DNA from: Ruminococcus sp.
GTDB taxonomy: Bacteria; Bacillota_I; Bacilli_A; RF39; UBA660
Assembly (NCBI GenBank): GCA_023663235.1
Contig: JAMPHW010000001.1
Span: 51,392-115,391, forward strand
Direction: 5' to 3'
Length of the DNA: 64,000 nucleotides
Shown: one piece after another, positions 48,927 through 59,550 of the stretch
Layout of the letters: the number at the start of each line of letters is the position of its first letter
Numbering within the stretch: position 1 is the stretch's first letter
Notes under the pieces: model-generated
What the model saw: the letters and a program-made list of their open reading frames with translations, nothing else
Told to the model about the DNA's origin: nothing
Database searches by the model: none
Made by a program: the position numbers and the translations under genes

Positions 48927-49502
48927 TTAATCGGTTGGAGTTTCTTCTAATACTGCTTCATATACTTCATCAAAGAATTTTTTATAAGCTTCTGTATTAG
49001 TTGTATTTTCTGGCAATAATGCTCTAACTCTACCATCTGTATCACGAGGCATTGATTTAATAGTTAAACTATCAGTTGATGGCTCTTTAGAATTTTCTGT
49101 TGTTTTAGCATCATTCTTTGGACGAGAACAAGAGCAATTGTAATACCAAAATCTTCTTCCTTTTTCATCGCCTTCAATTTGGAAGCCTAAAGCAAATGGC
49201 TTGAATTTATCATTAGTGCTCTCAATAAGCGCACCATTAGCATCTTTAGTTTCTCCAAATATTTTTTCACGAATCTCATCCGTTATCATAGCTATTTCTA
49301 AATCACCTTCATAACCTTGATTAGCAGATTCTGAAAAAAATTTAATATTATCAGCATAGAAATCTGATGAATCGCCTTGCGGTTCTAAAGAAATGCTAAC
49401 TGCTCCATTAACTTTAATGATTTCACCATATATATAACTATTTTCTCCAATAGTCAATGGTGCAATATGTACATTACTTAATCCAAATTTTACTTTACTC
49501 AT
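48927..49502 (-). CDS. Major tail protein
   Basis: 191 aa, directly upstream of TMP. Confidence 0.6.
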   Translation of the reverse strand: MSKVKFGLSNVHIAPLTIGENSYIYGEIIKVNGAVSISLEPQGDSSDFYADNIKFFSESANQGYEGDLEIAMITDEIREKIFGETKDANGALIESTNDKFKPFALGFQIEGDEKGRRFWYYNCSCSRPKNDAKTTENSKEPSTDSLTIKSMPRDTDGRVRALLPENTTNTEAYKKFFDEVYEAVLEETPTD

Positions 49503-49516
49503 ATTTTTACCTCCTT

Positions 49517-49831
49517 CTATATTTCATAAAAAATATGATAAATTTTTTCAGTGCTATCCCATATTTCTTGTGTTTTTTCATATGGAATATTGTTATCAGT
49601 TAATAAATCAGATATTTTAGTTTCAAGTTCTACATCTTTTTTACTTGTAACAAGTTCAATCTCAAAATTAGAAAAAGCAGAATAAACTTTGTTATCTGCT
49701 CTAAAATTATTAGGAGATTGTTCTCTATAAGCCATAAATGGTGGTTCTATAATTTTATTATCAGAAAAATGATCGTATGCAACTGGTATTTTCACTTGTT
49801 TTAACAACTTTAATAATTCTTTATGTTTCAT
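49517..49831 (-). CDS. Phage tail-completion / neck protein
   Basis: By position in the connector cluster. Confidence 0.4.
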   Translation of the reverse strand: MKHKELLKLLKQVKIPVAYDHFSDNKIIEPPFMAYREQSPNNFRADNKVYSAFSNFEIELVTSKKDVELETKISDLLTDNNIPYEKTQEIWDSTEKIYHIFYEI

Positions 49832-49833
49832 AT

Positions 49834-50247
49834 TTAACCTCTGTTTTTAATAATTTCTTCAACATTTTTTTCAAATTCACTGCAACATTCATCATGTACT
49901 GGTGCAATATGCTTTTGTTTTGGAGTATATTTGCCACCATTACGTGTTAAATGTTCGTTTTCTAGCAAATGTGTTAATTGCCAATCGGTAGCATTATGAA
50001 TAGTGCAATTAACATAGCCTTCGCCTTTTTCTGTCTTTACTCTCCAACCTTTAGCATATCTGCCTTTGTGAGAAGTATTCTTTTTATTTTTTGGAGATGT
50101 TGATTTTAATTTTGATTGACCTTCTTTTGCTATTCTTTCTGCTTCTTCTGTAATAGCTTCTTGAATATCATGTGAATAATCACTTAAAATCTCATTAATA
50201 TCTAAAATAGAATTATATTTGCTCATATACCTATTTTCTTTTGGCAC
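49834..50247 (-). CDS. HK97 gp10-like head-tail joining protein
   Basis: By position and size (137 aa). Confidence 0.4.
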   Translation of the reverse strand: MPKENRYMSKYNSILDINEILSDYSHDIQEAITEEAERIAKEGQSKLKSTSPKNKKNTSHKGRYAKGWRVKTEKGEGYVNCTIHNATDWQLTHLLENEHLTRNGGKYTPKQKHIAPVHDECCSEFEKNVEEIIKNRG

Positions 50248-50531
50248 ACTAAAACAATATCAAATTTATTTTTAGGTTCAACAGTACGGATTATTGAGTA
50301 TTTTTCGTTATTCCATTCAAGCTCTTCTTCGCCATTATAGTTAAGTTTTTTTATAACAAATTCTATTGAAGGAGTAAGACCTACTTGAATAGCATTATAA
50401 AACTCGTTCATTCTTACACTTTGCTTTTTAGCATATATTTTTTTAGATGTTTCAGAAGAAGTGATACTGTTTCCAATATCATCTTCCTCTTTAATTTGTG
50501 AAATAAGATAAATAATTTCTGTATATTCCAT
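50223..50531 (-). CDS. Head closure / head-tail adaptor protein
   Basis: By position (102 aa). Confidence 0.4.
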   Translation of the reverse strand: MEYTEIIYLISQIKEEDDIGNSITSSETSKKIYAKKQSVRMNEFYNAIQVGLTPSIEFVIKKLNYNGEEELEWNNEKYSIIRTVEPKNKFDIVLVCQKKIGI

Positions 50532-50806
50532 TATTTATTTCCTTTTTCTTGGTACTCATCTAAGTGTCTTAATACATCTTTTTGGAGCACATAAGAATTA
50601 GAATACATTTCACTATTATTAACATCTAAAAAACTTAAAGCATAAGTAAGAATTGCAGTCTTGATTAAACTATCTTCTTTATCAACTGTACCTTTGGCTA
50701 TACCGATAGCCTTTAAATCCAACTTAGCAGAATCAATATAATTTTGAATTATATTATCAAAATCATTATGATTAATGCCTTGCATTTTCTTTATTTCTTC
50801 TAGCAT
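50531..50806 (-). CDS. Head-tail connector protein (gp6-like)
   Basis: 91 aa immediately after the major capsid gene. Confidence 0.45.
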   Translation of the reverse strand: MLEEIKKMQGINHNDFDNIIQNYIDSAKLDLKAIGIAKGTVDKEDSLIKTAILTYALSFLDVNNSEMYSNSYVLQKDVLRHLDEYQEKGNK

Positions 50807-50824
50807 AGCCTATCACTCACTTTC

Positions 50825-52021
50825 TTATTTTGAAGTAGCTTTAGCTTGAGCTGCAGTAGCTTTTCTGCCTAAAGTGAAATAATCTGGTCTTGCTTTACCA
50901 TCATAAATAGCATAACCACCATAAGTAGTTTTTCTACCTTTTACAGTTCTTTCTTTTTCAACTCTAGGTGCAACCACTTCATTTAAGATATAGTTTCTCA
51001 TGTTACCAGAAACAATATCATCGCCTTTTAGGTAAGGGTCTACTGCAATGGAGAACCCACTAACACTAGGAATACCTGCTAAGAATGGATAATTACCATT
51101 ATTATCTTTGTAAGATACAATATCCAAGTTAGTTTCTGTAGAAATATAAACTTTAGCTCCAATTCTAGCATCCTCTGATAAACCTCTATATGTGTTTAAA
51201 ACACGTTCAATAGCATTATCACCAGTAGTAATAGCAGATAAACCAGTTGTAATACCAGTTGGCTTATTCTCACCATCACCATAAATAACTGCATTAACTA
51301 AAGCCTTACCCATCTTATTTGCTAATTCATCAAGAATAAACGCAATAAATGAATCAACTGCCATTTCTTCTAATTTCCAAGTAATAACAATGTCTTTTGC
51401 AAGTTCCCAACCAGTAAGTTGCATATTTCTAAATTCTGCGCTACCATTTTTAGTGTCATCTAACTCAACATACCATTCTGCATCATCAGAACTAAATAAA
51501 TATGGTAAATCGATATTACCAGCAACTTGTAATTTTCTAACATCATTAAAAATTGGTGATTGTTTAGAAATTAACTCCATTAAGTCACTTCTTACACTTG
51601 TAGGAATAAATAAACCACCATTATTAATACCTTGCGTATTTTCAGCAGATGCTACAAAATCAGTAGCAGTAGTTGTAATTGCGTCTCCTAACGCACGTTT
51701 TTCGTCTTCAGTAAATCTTTCATCAGATAAACCCATTAATTTTTTTGCCCATGCACTTCTATATTCTGGACTAGATAAATCGAATTTTTTTTCTTCCATT
51801 TTTCTTTCCTCCTTAACTTCGATTTTTTTTGCTTCTAAACTTCCTTCTTCAAGTTTTTTAGCAACATTTTTTCTTTCTTCAACTTCTCTTAGTTCTTTTT
51901 CTTCTATGTTTAAAGCATCAACTTCTTCATTAAGTTTTCTTACTTCTTCTACATCTTCTAAAGTTCCCAAAGAAGCTTTAATTTCACTCTTTCGAGCTTC
52001 AATTTCTTGTAATCTATTCAT
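50825..52021 (-). CDS. Major capsid protein, HK97 family
   Basis: 398 aa with an N-terminal coiled-coil delta region followed by the capsid core (..GGLFIPTSVRSDLMELISKQSPIFNDVRKLQV..). Confidence 0.8.
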   Translation of the reverse strand: MNRLQEIEARKSEIKASLGTLEDVEEVRKLNEEVDALNIEEKELREVEERKNVAKKLEEGSLEAKKIEVKEERKMEEKKFDLSSPEYRSAWAKKLMGLSDERFTEDEKRALGDAITTTATDFVASAENTQGINNGGLFIPTSVRSDLMELISKQSPIFNDVRKLQVAGNIDLPYLFSSDDAEWYVELDDTKNGSAEFRNMQLTGWELAKDIVITWKLEEMAVDSFIAFILDELANKMGKALVNAVIYGDGENKPTGITTGLSAITTGDNAIERVLNTYRGLSEDARIGAKVYISTETNLDIVSYKDNNGNYPFLAGIPSVSGFSIAVDPYLKGDDIVSGNMRNYILNEVVAPRVEKERTVKGRKTTYGGYAIYDGKARPDYFTLGRKATAAQAKATSK

Positions 52022-52157
52022 TTGATTACCTCCTTCTTATTTGATAATCTTTAATGGCTTTAATCATTCCAATTATGGCTATCCAGCCTTTATCAATCGA
52101 CTTAGTCAGTATCCACCAACAAAAAAAGAACCATCCAGCTCTTTTCTCATAATCGCA

Positions 52158-52742
52158 TTAACCTAATTTTTCTAATAATTCTTTTTTTACTTGTTCTAAC
52201 TTTTTAGATTCCCTAAATCTTTTTTCAGTTTCAACTAAAGAACGAGCATAAATTGAAGTACTATCATAGAATGGTTGATCCACTACCGCCACATCATATA
52301 GCTTATCTATATCAATAATTGTACGTGTATCTGTATTATAATCCCACTCTTCACTACGAGTAGTAAATGCAAAACTCATTTTATCTAGCAAACCACTTTT
52401 AATACCTTCATAAATGGATTTATGTTCTGGTATATTAGGATTTAATGTTGCCTTCATTTTTAAACCTTTTTCATCTTTAGCGAGTTCTAGCGATTTGTTT
52501 CTAGTTCTGGCTAAACATATAAAAGAATCATTATGATTATATCTAAGAACTACATCTGTCATGTCTGTATTATCAAAAGCAGTTGATGCTATAATTTCTG
52601 TATATCCATGAGTAGCAGGGCTATTAAAAACCACAGGATAACCTTCTATAATCATTTCTGTTTCATTATCAATCGCTCGCATTTCTAAATCTAAATTTAA
52701 GCATCTAATTTCTTTACTCTTCATTTTCTTCATCTCCTTCAT
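52158..52742 (-). CDS. Prohead protease (HK97 / S78 family)
   Basis: ..EGYPVVFNSPATHGYTEIIASTAFDNTD...VLRYNHNDS.. Confidence 0.7.
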   Translation of the reverse strand: MKEMKKMKSKEIRCLNLDLEMRAIDNETEMIIEGYPVVFNSPATHGYTEIIASTAFDNTDMTDVVLRYNHNDSFICLARTRNKSLELAKDEKGLKMKATLNPNIPEHKSIYEGIKSGLLDKMSFAFTTRSEEWDYNTDTRTIIDIDKLYDVAVVDQPFYDSTSIYARSLVETEKRFRESKKLEQVKKELLEKLG

Positions 52743-53943
52743 TATTTAAATCATCACCTGTCTGATATTTATCAGCAATATTACTATTAATATGGTTTAA
52801 ATCTTGCATAACTTTTTGTCCTTGCCCATCTGGTAAAGGTTCAAGATTTAATACCTCTCTTAATTCATCTATCATCATTAAATTATTTGCATATCTTATC
52901 AAATTTATTTTTGTATTATTACTAGCATATTGAAGTCTATTACTTGTAAATACAATTTCATTACCATGAAATTGTTCTGTTGTAGTAAATAATTTATTAC
53001 TGAACTCTAAACTCATTTGTAAGCCAATAGGTTCAAGAATACTTTCATAAAAAGCATTCCATTCATCTTCACTATATTTTGATTGAACTATTGCTTCACT
53101 TACTCCATAATAAGATAATAACTTATTATCAATGTGTTTTATTTGATTATCATCTGCTGTCTTAGGTTCAATCTTAACTGGAGTAAAATCTGTCGTGGCA
53201 TCTAACCCACCAATTCCGCTCTCATCTGCATTTTCTATAAAATCTGCTACGAATTGGTCTCTCATTTTTTTTACATCTTCTGGCTTTAACATTGCCTTAG
53301 TAGATTTAATAACACCTTTTATTGATTGAGTAGTCTTAATAGCGTTTGATATTCCTTCATCTAAGACATGCTTAAATGATAAAGTTTTGATTATAGGTTG
53401 ATTATTGCCTCCCATCACACCGTCTTCACCAACAAATCTTGTTAAATGAATACAGTCCTTCAAAGCAACAAATCTTTTTTGTCCACCACCAAAACTAAAC
53501 TCTAAATAGATATCATTTTTATACTCATAAAATTTAACAGTTTGATAATGAATGGGATACAAGCCTAAAATTTTAAGATTTTCATCTTTAAGAATGTAAA
53601 TTATTGAATTATTATATAATTCTAGTTCACTAATAATTTGATAATAGAATTTATAAGCGTTTTGAAGTTCATTAGGACGTTTACTTAATAATCTTTGTAA
53701 ATTACCATAAACACTTTCAAATCCTTTATCATTTTTGCGAATATGCTTAGGATTTAACTTTGCTCCATTTCTAGCAATGGCATCAACACAAGCTCTTATA
53801 TCAGTATCATCATAAAATTTACCATCATAATTAGTGAATTGGCTCCTATATCCATTTAAGAAATACATTTGAGTTGCAGTTGGTGGAGCAGTTGTATTTT
53901 GCTTACTGCCAAATACTCTACTAAAAAGGCTTCTTTTTTCCAT
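52714..53943 (-). CDS. Portal protein
   Basis: 409 aa between terminase and protease. Confidence 0.7.
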   Translation of the reverse strand: MEKRSLFSRVFGSKQNTTAPPTATQMYFLNGYRSQFTNYDGKFYDDTDIRACVDAIARNGAKLNPKHIRKNDKGFESVYGNLQRLLSKRPNELQNAYKFYYQIISELELYNNSIIYILKDENLKILGLYPIHYQTVKFYEYKNDIYLEFSFGGGQKRFVALKDCIHLTRFVGEDGVMGGNNQPIIKTLSFKHVLDEGISNAIKTTQSIKGVIKSTKAMLKPEDVKKMRDQFVADFIENADESGIGGLDATTDFTPVKIEPKTADDNQIKHIDNKLLSYYGVSEAIVQSKYSEDEWNAFYESILEPIGLQMSLEFSNKLFTTTEQFHGNEIVFTSNRLQYASNNTKINLIRYANNLMMIDELREVLNLEPLPDGQGQKVMQDLNHINSNIADKYQTGDDLNNEGDEENEE

Positions 53944-55631
53944 TATTCATTACCTCCTATATAATCTAAATATTCTTGTTGTTTTTCAATAAAAATACAG
54001 TAAGCATCTATTAAACTTACTGCACCATCTATTCTTTGACGTGATTTTTCTTTTACAGGTCTTATATTTTCGTTTTCGTCTTGCTTTATAAAAACATTTG
54101 ATAAACACCATTTTAAAATCGGATTATTATTATAATTAATTTTTTTATCTATTAAATCAGCTTTCATTTGCTTCATTGGACTAGACATTGTTTTGGCTCC
54201 CTGTCTAACTTCTACCATATCAAATCCTTGTTCTTTCATGTCATCACACCAATATTGAGCATTCCAAGAATCATATCCCACCCAAAGTGGTCTTAAATCA
54301 AATTCTTGCACTTGTTCTACAAACCATTTTGTTACATCATGATAGTCTACTTTAGACCCTTCACTTAGTCTTAACCAACCATTTTTTAGCCAAATATCAT
54401 ATGGTATTTTATCATCCCTAATTTTATACTCTAAGTTGTTACTAGGAATAAAATACATTTGCTTAACTTTTATTTCTCCACTTTGATATGCCAATAATGT
54501 AGCACAAGTTAAATCAGTAGTAGAACTTAAATCACAACCACCAATACAATAGCAATCTTTAAACTCATTATATTTCTTTTCATTATTAAGTTCTTCAAAC
54601 ATTAACCATGCTTGAATATCATTTTGCCTTACATTAAAATCTTTACAGAGTAGATTTACTAATTCATTAGGATTATTTTTTGCACGTTTGACTTTATCTC
54701 TTAAATCTTTAATAGATTTAATTGTTCCAAGTGCTGGATTAGGTTTATACCATGCTTCTTCGTTTTCTATCTCTTTAGGATTATCGAGTTCATAAATAAC
54801 TGCTAATAAAGTTTCATCTTCAATTTTGCCATCTATTACTTGACTAGAATATTCATATTCATTGTCAAATACATTTTCGCGAACTGTTCCCATAGTAGAA
54901 GTTTCTAAAAGTAAAGCTTGGTCTCTAGCACTCATAGAATCATACATCACATCTAGTAGATTTTTATCTCGCCATGCATGAACTTCATCAGCTATTACAC
55001 AATGTGAATTTAAGCCATCAAGTGAGTTGCTATCACTAGCTAAAGCTTTAAAAAACGAATCAGTAGCATCATAATACATGCCACCGACTAAACAGCGAAT
55101 CCTTTTAGCTAAGCTGGGCGATTTCTTAATCATTTTCTTTGATTCTTCCCATACAATTTTTGCTTGTTCTCTTTTAGTAGCTACTGAATATATTTCTGCC
55201 CCACTTTCACCATCTTTAGTAAGCATATAATTGGCGATTCCACTATCCATAGTCGATTTGCCATTTTTACGTGCTACAAAGAATAAACCTTTTTTGTATT
55301 TCCTAAAGCCTGTATCTTTATCAATAAAACCAAATAGTGCTTGAATAAACGCTTTCTGAAATAGTTCTAATTTTAGTGGTTGTCCTCCCCATTTTCCTTT
55401 TGATTGTTTGCAATACCTTTCTATAAAGTTAATTGGTCTTAATGACTTTTTCTCGTCAAATATATATGTATGTTTTTCGTATTCGCCAGTTAATTTATTA
55501 AAAAAAGAAATCTCTTTAGGCTTCTGTAAATCTTCAACTAACTTTTGATAAATTTTTTTTACTTTATTACATACTTTATTTGGATTTTGTTTTATCCACT
55601 CATAATACTCTTCGATATATGTCATTGTCAT
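53943..55631 (-). CDS. Terminase large subunit
   Basis: 562 aa with Walker A (..FFVARKNGKST..) and a C-terminal nuclease region. Confidence 0.85.
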   Translation of the reverse strand: MTMTYIEEYYEWIKQNPNKVCNKVKKIYQKLVEDLQKPKEISFFNKLTGEYEKHTYIFDEKKSLRPINFIERYCKQSKGKWGGQPLKLELFQKAFIQALFGFIDKDTGFRKYKKGLFFVARKNGKSTMDSGIANYMLTKDGESGAEIYSVATKREQAKIVWEESKKMIKKSPSLAKRIRCLVGGMYYDATDSFFKALASDSNSLDGLNSHCVIADEVHAWRDKNLLDVMYDSMSARDQALLLETSTMGTVRENVFDNEYEYSSQVIDGKIEDETLLAVIYELDNPKEIENEEAWYKPNPALGTIKSIKDLRDKVKRAKNNPNELVNLLCKDFNVRQNDIQAWLMFEELNNEKKYNEFKDCYCIGGCDLSSTTDLTCATLLAYQSGEIKVKQMYFIPSNNLEYKIRDDKIPYDIWLKNGWLRLSEGSKVDYHDVTKWFVEQVQEFDLRPLWVGYDSWNAQYWCDDMKEQGFDMVEVRQGAKTMSSPMKQMKADLIDKKINYNNNPILKWCLSNVFIKQDENENIRPVKEKSRQRIDGAVSLIDAYCIFIEKQQEYLDYIGGNE

Positions 55632-55954
55632 AAATCATCATCGTCAAAGCCATCTTCATTAGAATTATCTCCTTTAGGAAGCATATCATATATCTGCTTT
55701 ATTGTAGAATTGTAATTTTTAATAAGTGAATTATATTGATTTAAAGCGGGATTAGCTCTTTCAATATCATATGATCCTTGGCACATAGAAGTAACAACAC
55801 CATTTTCTTTAATTTTCTTTTTTAATTCATCTAAAGTTATTTTCATAAACTCTGCTTCTTCTAATAAACTTAAGCCTAAATTGCTCTTATCAGAATCCAT
55901 ATTTTTTAGTGTTTCTTTTACAGATTTTAAATCGATTTTTTTCTGTTTTACCAT
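55628..55954 (-). CDS. Terminase small subunit (P27 family)
   Basis: 108 aa with a P27-like pattern, immediately upstream of TerL. Confidence 0.65.
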   Translation of the reverse strand: MVKQKKIDLKSVKETLKNMDSDKSNLGLSLLEEAEFMKITLDELKKKIKENGVVTSMCQGSYDIERANPALNQYNSLIKNYNSTIKQIYDMLPKGDNSNEDGFDDDDL

Positions 55955-56053
55955 AATATTACTTCCTTTCTTAAATTATAGGGGGTTATGTACATATCTT
56001 GCATATTTTTTGAAGGTTCAGGCGCCGTTGTCTCATAAGCACTCAATTTATTG

Positions 56054-56398
56054 CTATGTGGGGGGATTCTCTTTTAGGATAATATTTCCTTCAACATCGA
56101 ATGTTAAATCATTTCTAGTTACTGATGCGGTAAAATGTTCTACGTTATGGCAATCAATACACACACCTTCTAAGTTATTTTCATTAAGGCTTATATTTAT
56201 GTCATTAAAGTTAACATCAGTTAAGTATTCTTTATGATGTACTATTCCTTTTAATCTTTTATCTTTAGAAACATAATCACTAATACCATTAACATATACT
56301 GGTCTATGACACCTAGCACATAAGCACGATTGTTTTAACCATATGTTTTTTCTAACTTGTTTCCACGCTTTAGTTTGATAAAACTCTTGTCTTGTCAT
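56054..56398 (-). CDS. HNH endonuclease (terminase-associated)
   Basis: ..CLCARCHRP...IVHHKEYL...GVCIDCHNVEH is an HNH motif. Confidence 0.8.
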   Translation of the reverse strand: MTRQEFYQTKAWKQVRKNIWLKQSCLCARCHRPVYVNGISDYVSKDKRLKGIVHHKEYLTDVNFNDINISLNENNLEGVCIDCHNVEHFTASVTRNDLTFDVEGNIILKENPPT

Positions 56399-56912
56399 TT
56401 TTTTGATTTAATAATCTTCTGCTCTCTATGAATCTCTTTATCATCACTATTTAATTCCTTCCATTTCTTCAATCTATAATTCCAATAACATTTAGAACTG
56501 CAATATTTGTAGTTTCTTCTCGTTTTTTTATTGCTTACTATAAATTCTTTTCTACAATTCAAACATCTTTTCAAGGCTAAAATAAAAGCATAATTACAAT
56601 TGTATATATAACTATGCTTATAATATAGCTTTCTATTGGATATTTTATCTTATTATCTTTTATTAATTTAATTGTAGCTATAATCAATATAGTAAGAAAT
56701 ATCTGTATTAATATTTTTAACATAACTCCTCCTAGCCAAACATTTTATCAATGTCTTCTTGGGTTGGTTTCTTATCTTCTTTACTCACACTTGATAACAT
56801 AATGTTTATTAGTGATACAAAAGTCATATGAGCCATATCATCAAACGTTATATTTAACTTCTTAGCAATGGCAATTACTTCATATTCATCAATTAGTTCT
56901 TCATTATTTGAA

Positions 56913-57281
56913 CTATTTTTTATTGATTTGTAATTGCCTTGATATGGGTGTACAGGCTAACTCTAAAACATCATAAATCCACTTTTCATCATCGTAAAGA
57001 TTGTCAATACTTCCTAAAAGAGCTTCATAGTCAACTGCTTGATTTGTGTTATGTTCCTTATCAGCTTCTTTGATTAAAATGTAAGCTATTTTTAAAAGTA
57101 ATTCACTTACTTCATCTAAATCATCAATACTAAATGAATCATTCTTTTTATCTTTTAATTTGATTAAGTCTTGTAAATCTTTTAAAAAGCTTCTACCAGC
57201 AAAATCCTTATAACTAAATTGTGTTAAAGCGCTTGCTTTCATTTGATAGTTTTTACCAGAGATATTAATTATTTTCTCCAT
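56913..57281 (-). CDS. Phage hypothetical protein
   Basis: 122-aa ORF. Confidence 0.4.
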   Translation of the reverse strand: MEKIINISGKNYQMKASALTQFSYKDFAGRSFLKDLQDLIKLKDKKNDSFSIDDLDEVSELLLKIAYILIKEADKEHNTNQAVDYEALLGSIDNLYDDEKWIYDVLELACTPISRQLQINKK

Positions 57282-57355
57282 TTTTTCAAATTCCTTTCTT
57301 AATTAAAACTTTCAATTAAAAAAATGTAATTTCTTACACTTTTTCACAAAAAACA

Positions 57356-57384
57356 TTGACATGGTACGTACTATGTGATATAAT
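57356..57384 (+). promoter_or_regulatory. Consensus sigma-A promoter (TTGACA-17-TATAAT, extended -10 TGa)
   Basis: ttgaca tggtacgtactatgtga tataat, 25 nt upstream of a GGTGA RBS and the ATG at 57409. Confidence 0.55.
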
Positions 57385-57408
57385 TAATACAGAAAGTGAG
57401 GTGAGACA

Positions 57409-57507
57409 ATGACAATTTCATTAAAGGTTATCAACATTAAGATAACAAAAAAAGGAATATCAATTAAAATCGAACTCGACATTCCTCTAGTAGAGAGTGG
57501 TAAATAA
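57409..57507 (+). CDS. 32-aa peptide MTISLKVINIKITKKGISIKIELDIPLVESGK
   Basis: Strong promoter and RBS; followed by a short hairpin (gagtgg-n8-ccactc). Confidence 0.3.
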   Translation: MTISLKVINIKITKKGISIKIELDIPLVESGK

Positions 57508-57561
57508 ACCACTCCTCTACCTACAATTTTAACACATTAAACTGAAATTGTCAAAATTATC

Positions 57562-57741
57562 ATGAAAGAATTCAATCAAACAAAATATGTAAATAATTAC
57601 ACCAAAGAACATTATGCAAGAATTTCAACAAAATTACCACCAGAATTAGTTGCTAAATTTAAAGATAAATGTAACAAAAATAACATTTCAATGAATAATT
57701 GCATAAAAATTCTCATAGAACAATATGTCAAAAATAAATAG
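57562..57741 (+). CDS. 59-aa basic protein, possible ribbon-helix-helix DNA-binding protein
   Basis: MKEFNQTKYVNNYTKEHYARISTKLPPELVAKFKDKCNKNNISMNNCIKILIEQYVKNK; beta-strand-like ARISTKL then helices. Followed by the terminator agtct-aaaca-agact plus a T-run. Confidence 0.35.
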   Translation: MKEFNQTKYVNNYTKEHYARISTKLPPELVAKFKDKCNKNNISMNNCIKILIEQYVKNK

Positions 57742-58078
57742 TCTAAACAAGACTATTTTTTTATTAAAACAAAAAGATACAAATTAATGTATCAATTCAA
57801 ATTTTAAAAAGACATAGTATCTTAACAGATACTGTACCAATAGTATAAAGGCTTCTGAAACTATCAGCTTCATAGTCTCGATTGCTTGTGAGGTATTCTT
57901 AATAGCGACTTGCATTGTCCTATTCTTTAGCCTTTAACCTCTCTTCTATTTATATACTATCAGTACACTACCTATTAAAGTAGTGCTTTTAGAATAAGGG
58001 GTTATTTTATGAAAACTGCTTCTTAAAACACTTTCACAATATTATTGTATCAAAAAAAACGTGACATTCGTGACAAAT

Positions 58079-58501
58079 TTAAATTTCTTTTAAAAATCTT
58101 GAATATTCTTGTTTAATACTGTCTATAGAACCGCCAATCATATATGATATTCTTGCCCATGTGTACCCTTTGATATGTTTATATTTAAATATTAATTGCA
58201 TTCTTGGTTCGGGAATTGTATTTATAAAAGTTTCAAGCTCAATTTTTAATTTTAATAAATCTTTTTCTCTTTGTGATAATATTTCTTTATACTCACTCAT
58301 TAACTCTTTAGTTTCTTTTGACTGTGCTTCAATAATAATGTCATGTTTGCCAAATGGCGGATGTTTCCGTGACTCTTGAACTGCTGCTCGCTTTAAACCA
58401 TCTTTTTCCAAATTCCTTATATCATCTTCGACTTCTGCTATTGACTGCTCAAGATTTTTATATTGCTTTAATTTATCTTTAATACTTAACTTATCTAACA
58501 T
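58079..58501 (-). CDS. Putative phage late-gene transcriptional regulator (ArpU/RinA-like, sigma-70 region-4-like C-terminus)
   Basis: 140 aa upstream of the packaging module. C-terminal ..TWARISYMIGGSIDSIKQEYSRFLK is HTH-like. Confidence 0.45.
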   Translation of the reverse strand: MLDKLSIKDKLKQYKNLEQSIAEVEDDIRNLEKDGLKRAAVQESRKHPPFGKHDIIIEAQSKETKELMSEYKEILSQREKDLLKLKIELETFINTIPEPRMQLIFKYKHIKGYTWARISYMIGGSIDSIKQEYSRFLKEI

Positions 58502-58706
58502 ATTCTTTTCCTTTCTTTGATATACTTATTCTATTAATTCTAAACTCATTTTTTAATGGCTCATTTTCTTTAATTCATAAATTTCATAATTTTTAAAACT
58601 CCTTAATTCTTTATATTGATATAAAAGATTAATATCTTCAAAATAATAACCTTCAAGTTTATTATTTTTTAGTTTTACTAACAACATATATTTATAATTC
58701 ATATAA

Positions 58707-58964
58707 TCACCCCTTAATCTCTTCAAATATCATGCCTTTTTCTATAAGCTTTTTTATAATTGGTATACCAGAGCATTGCACACCGTTTATTTTAGGATAA
58801 TAAGCAAGCAATCCTTGATTATCGCCACTTCTAGCATGAGTTAATTCAAGTGTAATTTCTACAACATCACCATCTTTTAAGTCTTTAAATATTCTAGCAC
58901 TTGTTTTTGGTACATTTTTTACTATATATCTATTTTTTAATACAATGCCTTTCAAACTAATCAC
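58707..58964 (-). CDS. Phage early hypothetical protein
   Basis: 85-aa ORF. Confidence 0.4.
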   Translation of the reverse strand: MISLKGIVLKNRYIVKNVPKTSARIFKDLKDGDVVEITLELTHARSGDNQGLLAYYPKINGVQCSGIPIIKKLIEKGMIFEEIKG

Positions 58965-58972
58965 TCTCCTAT

Positions 58973-59164
58973 CTAACTAATACTTTTATATCTAACTAAT
59001 ACTTTTATATCTAAATTATTAATCTCTATAAATCTTTTTAATAACATAAATTCTGTTACTTTAACTGGTCCATATAGAACTATTACATCAGTATAGATAT
59101 TAGCTTTATATTTATTTAATATCTTCTCAACATAGATATTTCTTCCACTATTTAATATGTTCAT
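58973..59164 (-). CDS. Phage early hypothetical protein
   Basis: 63-aa ORF. Confidence 0.35.
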   Translation of the reverse strand: MNILNSGRNIYVEKILNKYKANIYTDVIVLYGPVKVTEFMLLKRFIEINNLDIKVLVRYKSIS

Positions 59165-59550
59165 GATTCGATTAACTCCTTTAGTTCTTCATTTGTATAA
59201 ACATTATAACCATCTTCTGTAACTTGCTCTTTATGGCATTTACATACTGCACTTAGCATTATTTGTCTATTATCGTGGTTCAATAATTTTTGCTTTTGCA
59301 TATCAAATGATTTTAAAACTGCCAAATTTATTTTTATTTCTCTGCGTTCCTCTAATACTTGCTTTAATTCTTTAATCATACGATAACAGCCTTTTGTGTC
59401 TAACTTATTAATTTCTATAAAATGGTATAAATCTGACAATTTCAAGTCTTGATGTGATAGATCATCGCTTAATCTTTTCCCATAATTTTCAATTTTATTT
59501 AAAGATGCTACTACATTTTTTACTTCTTCTAATACATCAATTTTAATCAT
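59161..59550 (-). CDS. Phage early hypothetical protein
   Basis: 129-aa ORF. Confidence 0.4.
   Translation of the reverse strand: MIKIDVLEEVKNVVASLNKIENYGKRLSDDLSHQDLKLSDLYHFIEINKLDTKGCYRMIKELKQVLEERREIKINLAVLKSFDMQKQKLLNHDNRQIMLSAVCKCHKEQVTEDGYNVYTNEELKELIES

Noticed and set aside
51390-52025. 211-aa plus-strand ORF overlapping the major capsid gene
   Set aside because: It is an antisense shadow of the HK97-type capsid CDS, with a Ser/Leu-rich low-complexity translation.
56578-56723. Small hydrophobic ORF with a GGAGG RBS between the HNH gene and 56913..57281
   Set aside because: Careful translation gives only about 30 codons before a stop; it is too short and uncertain to call.
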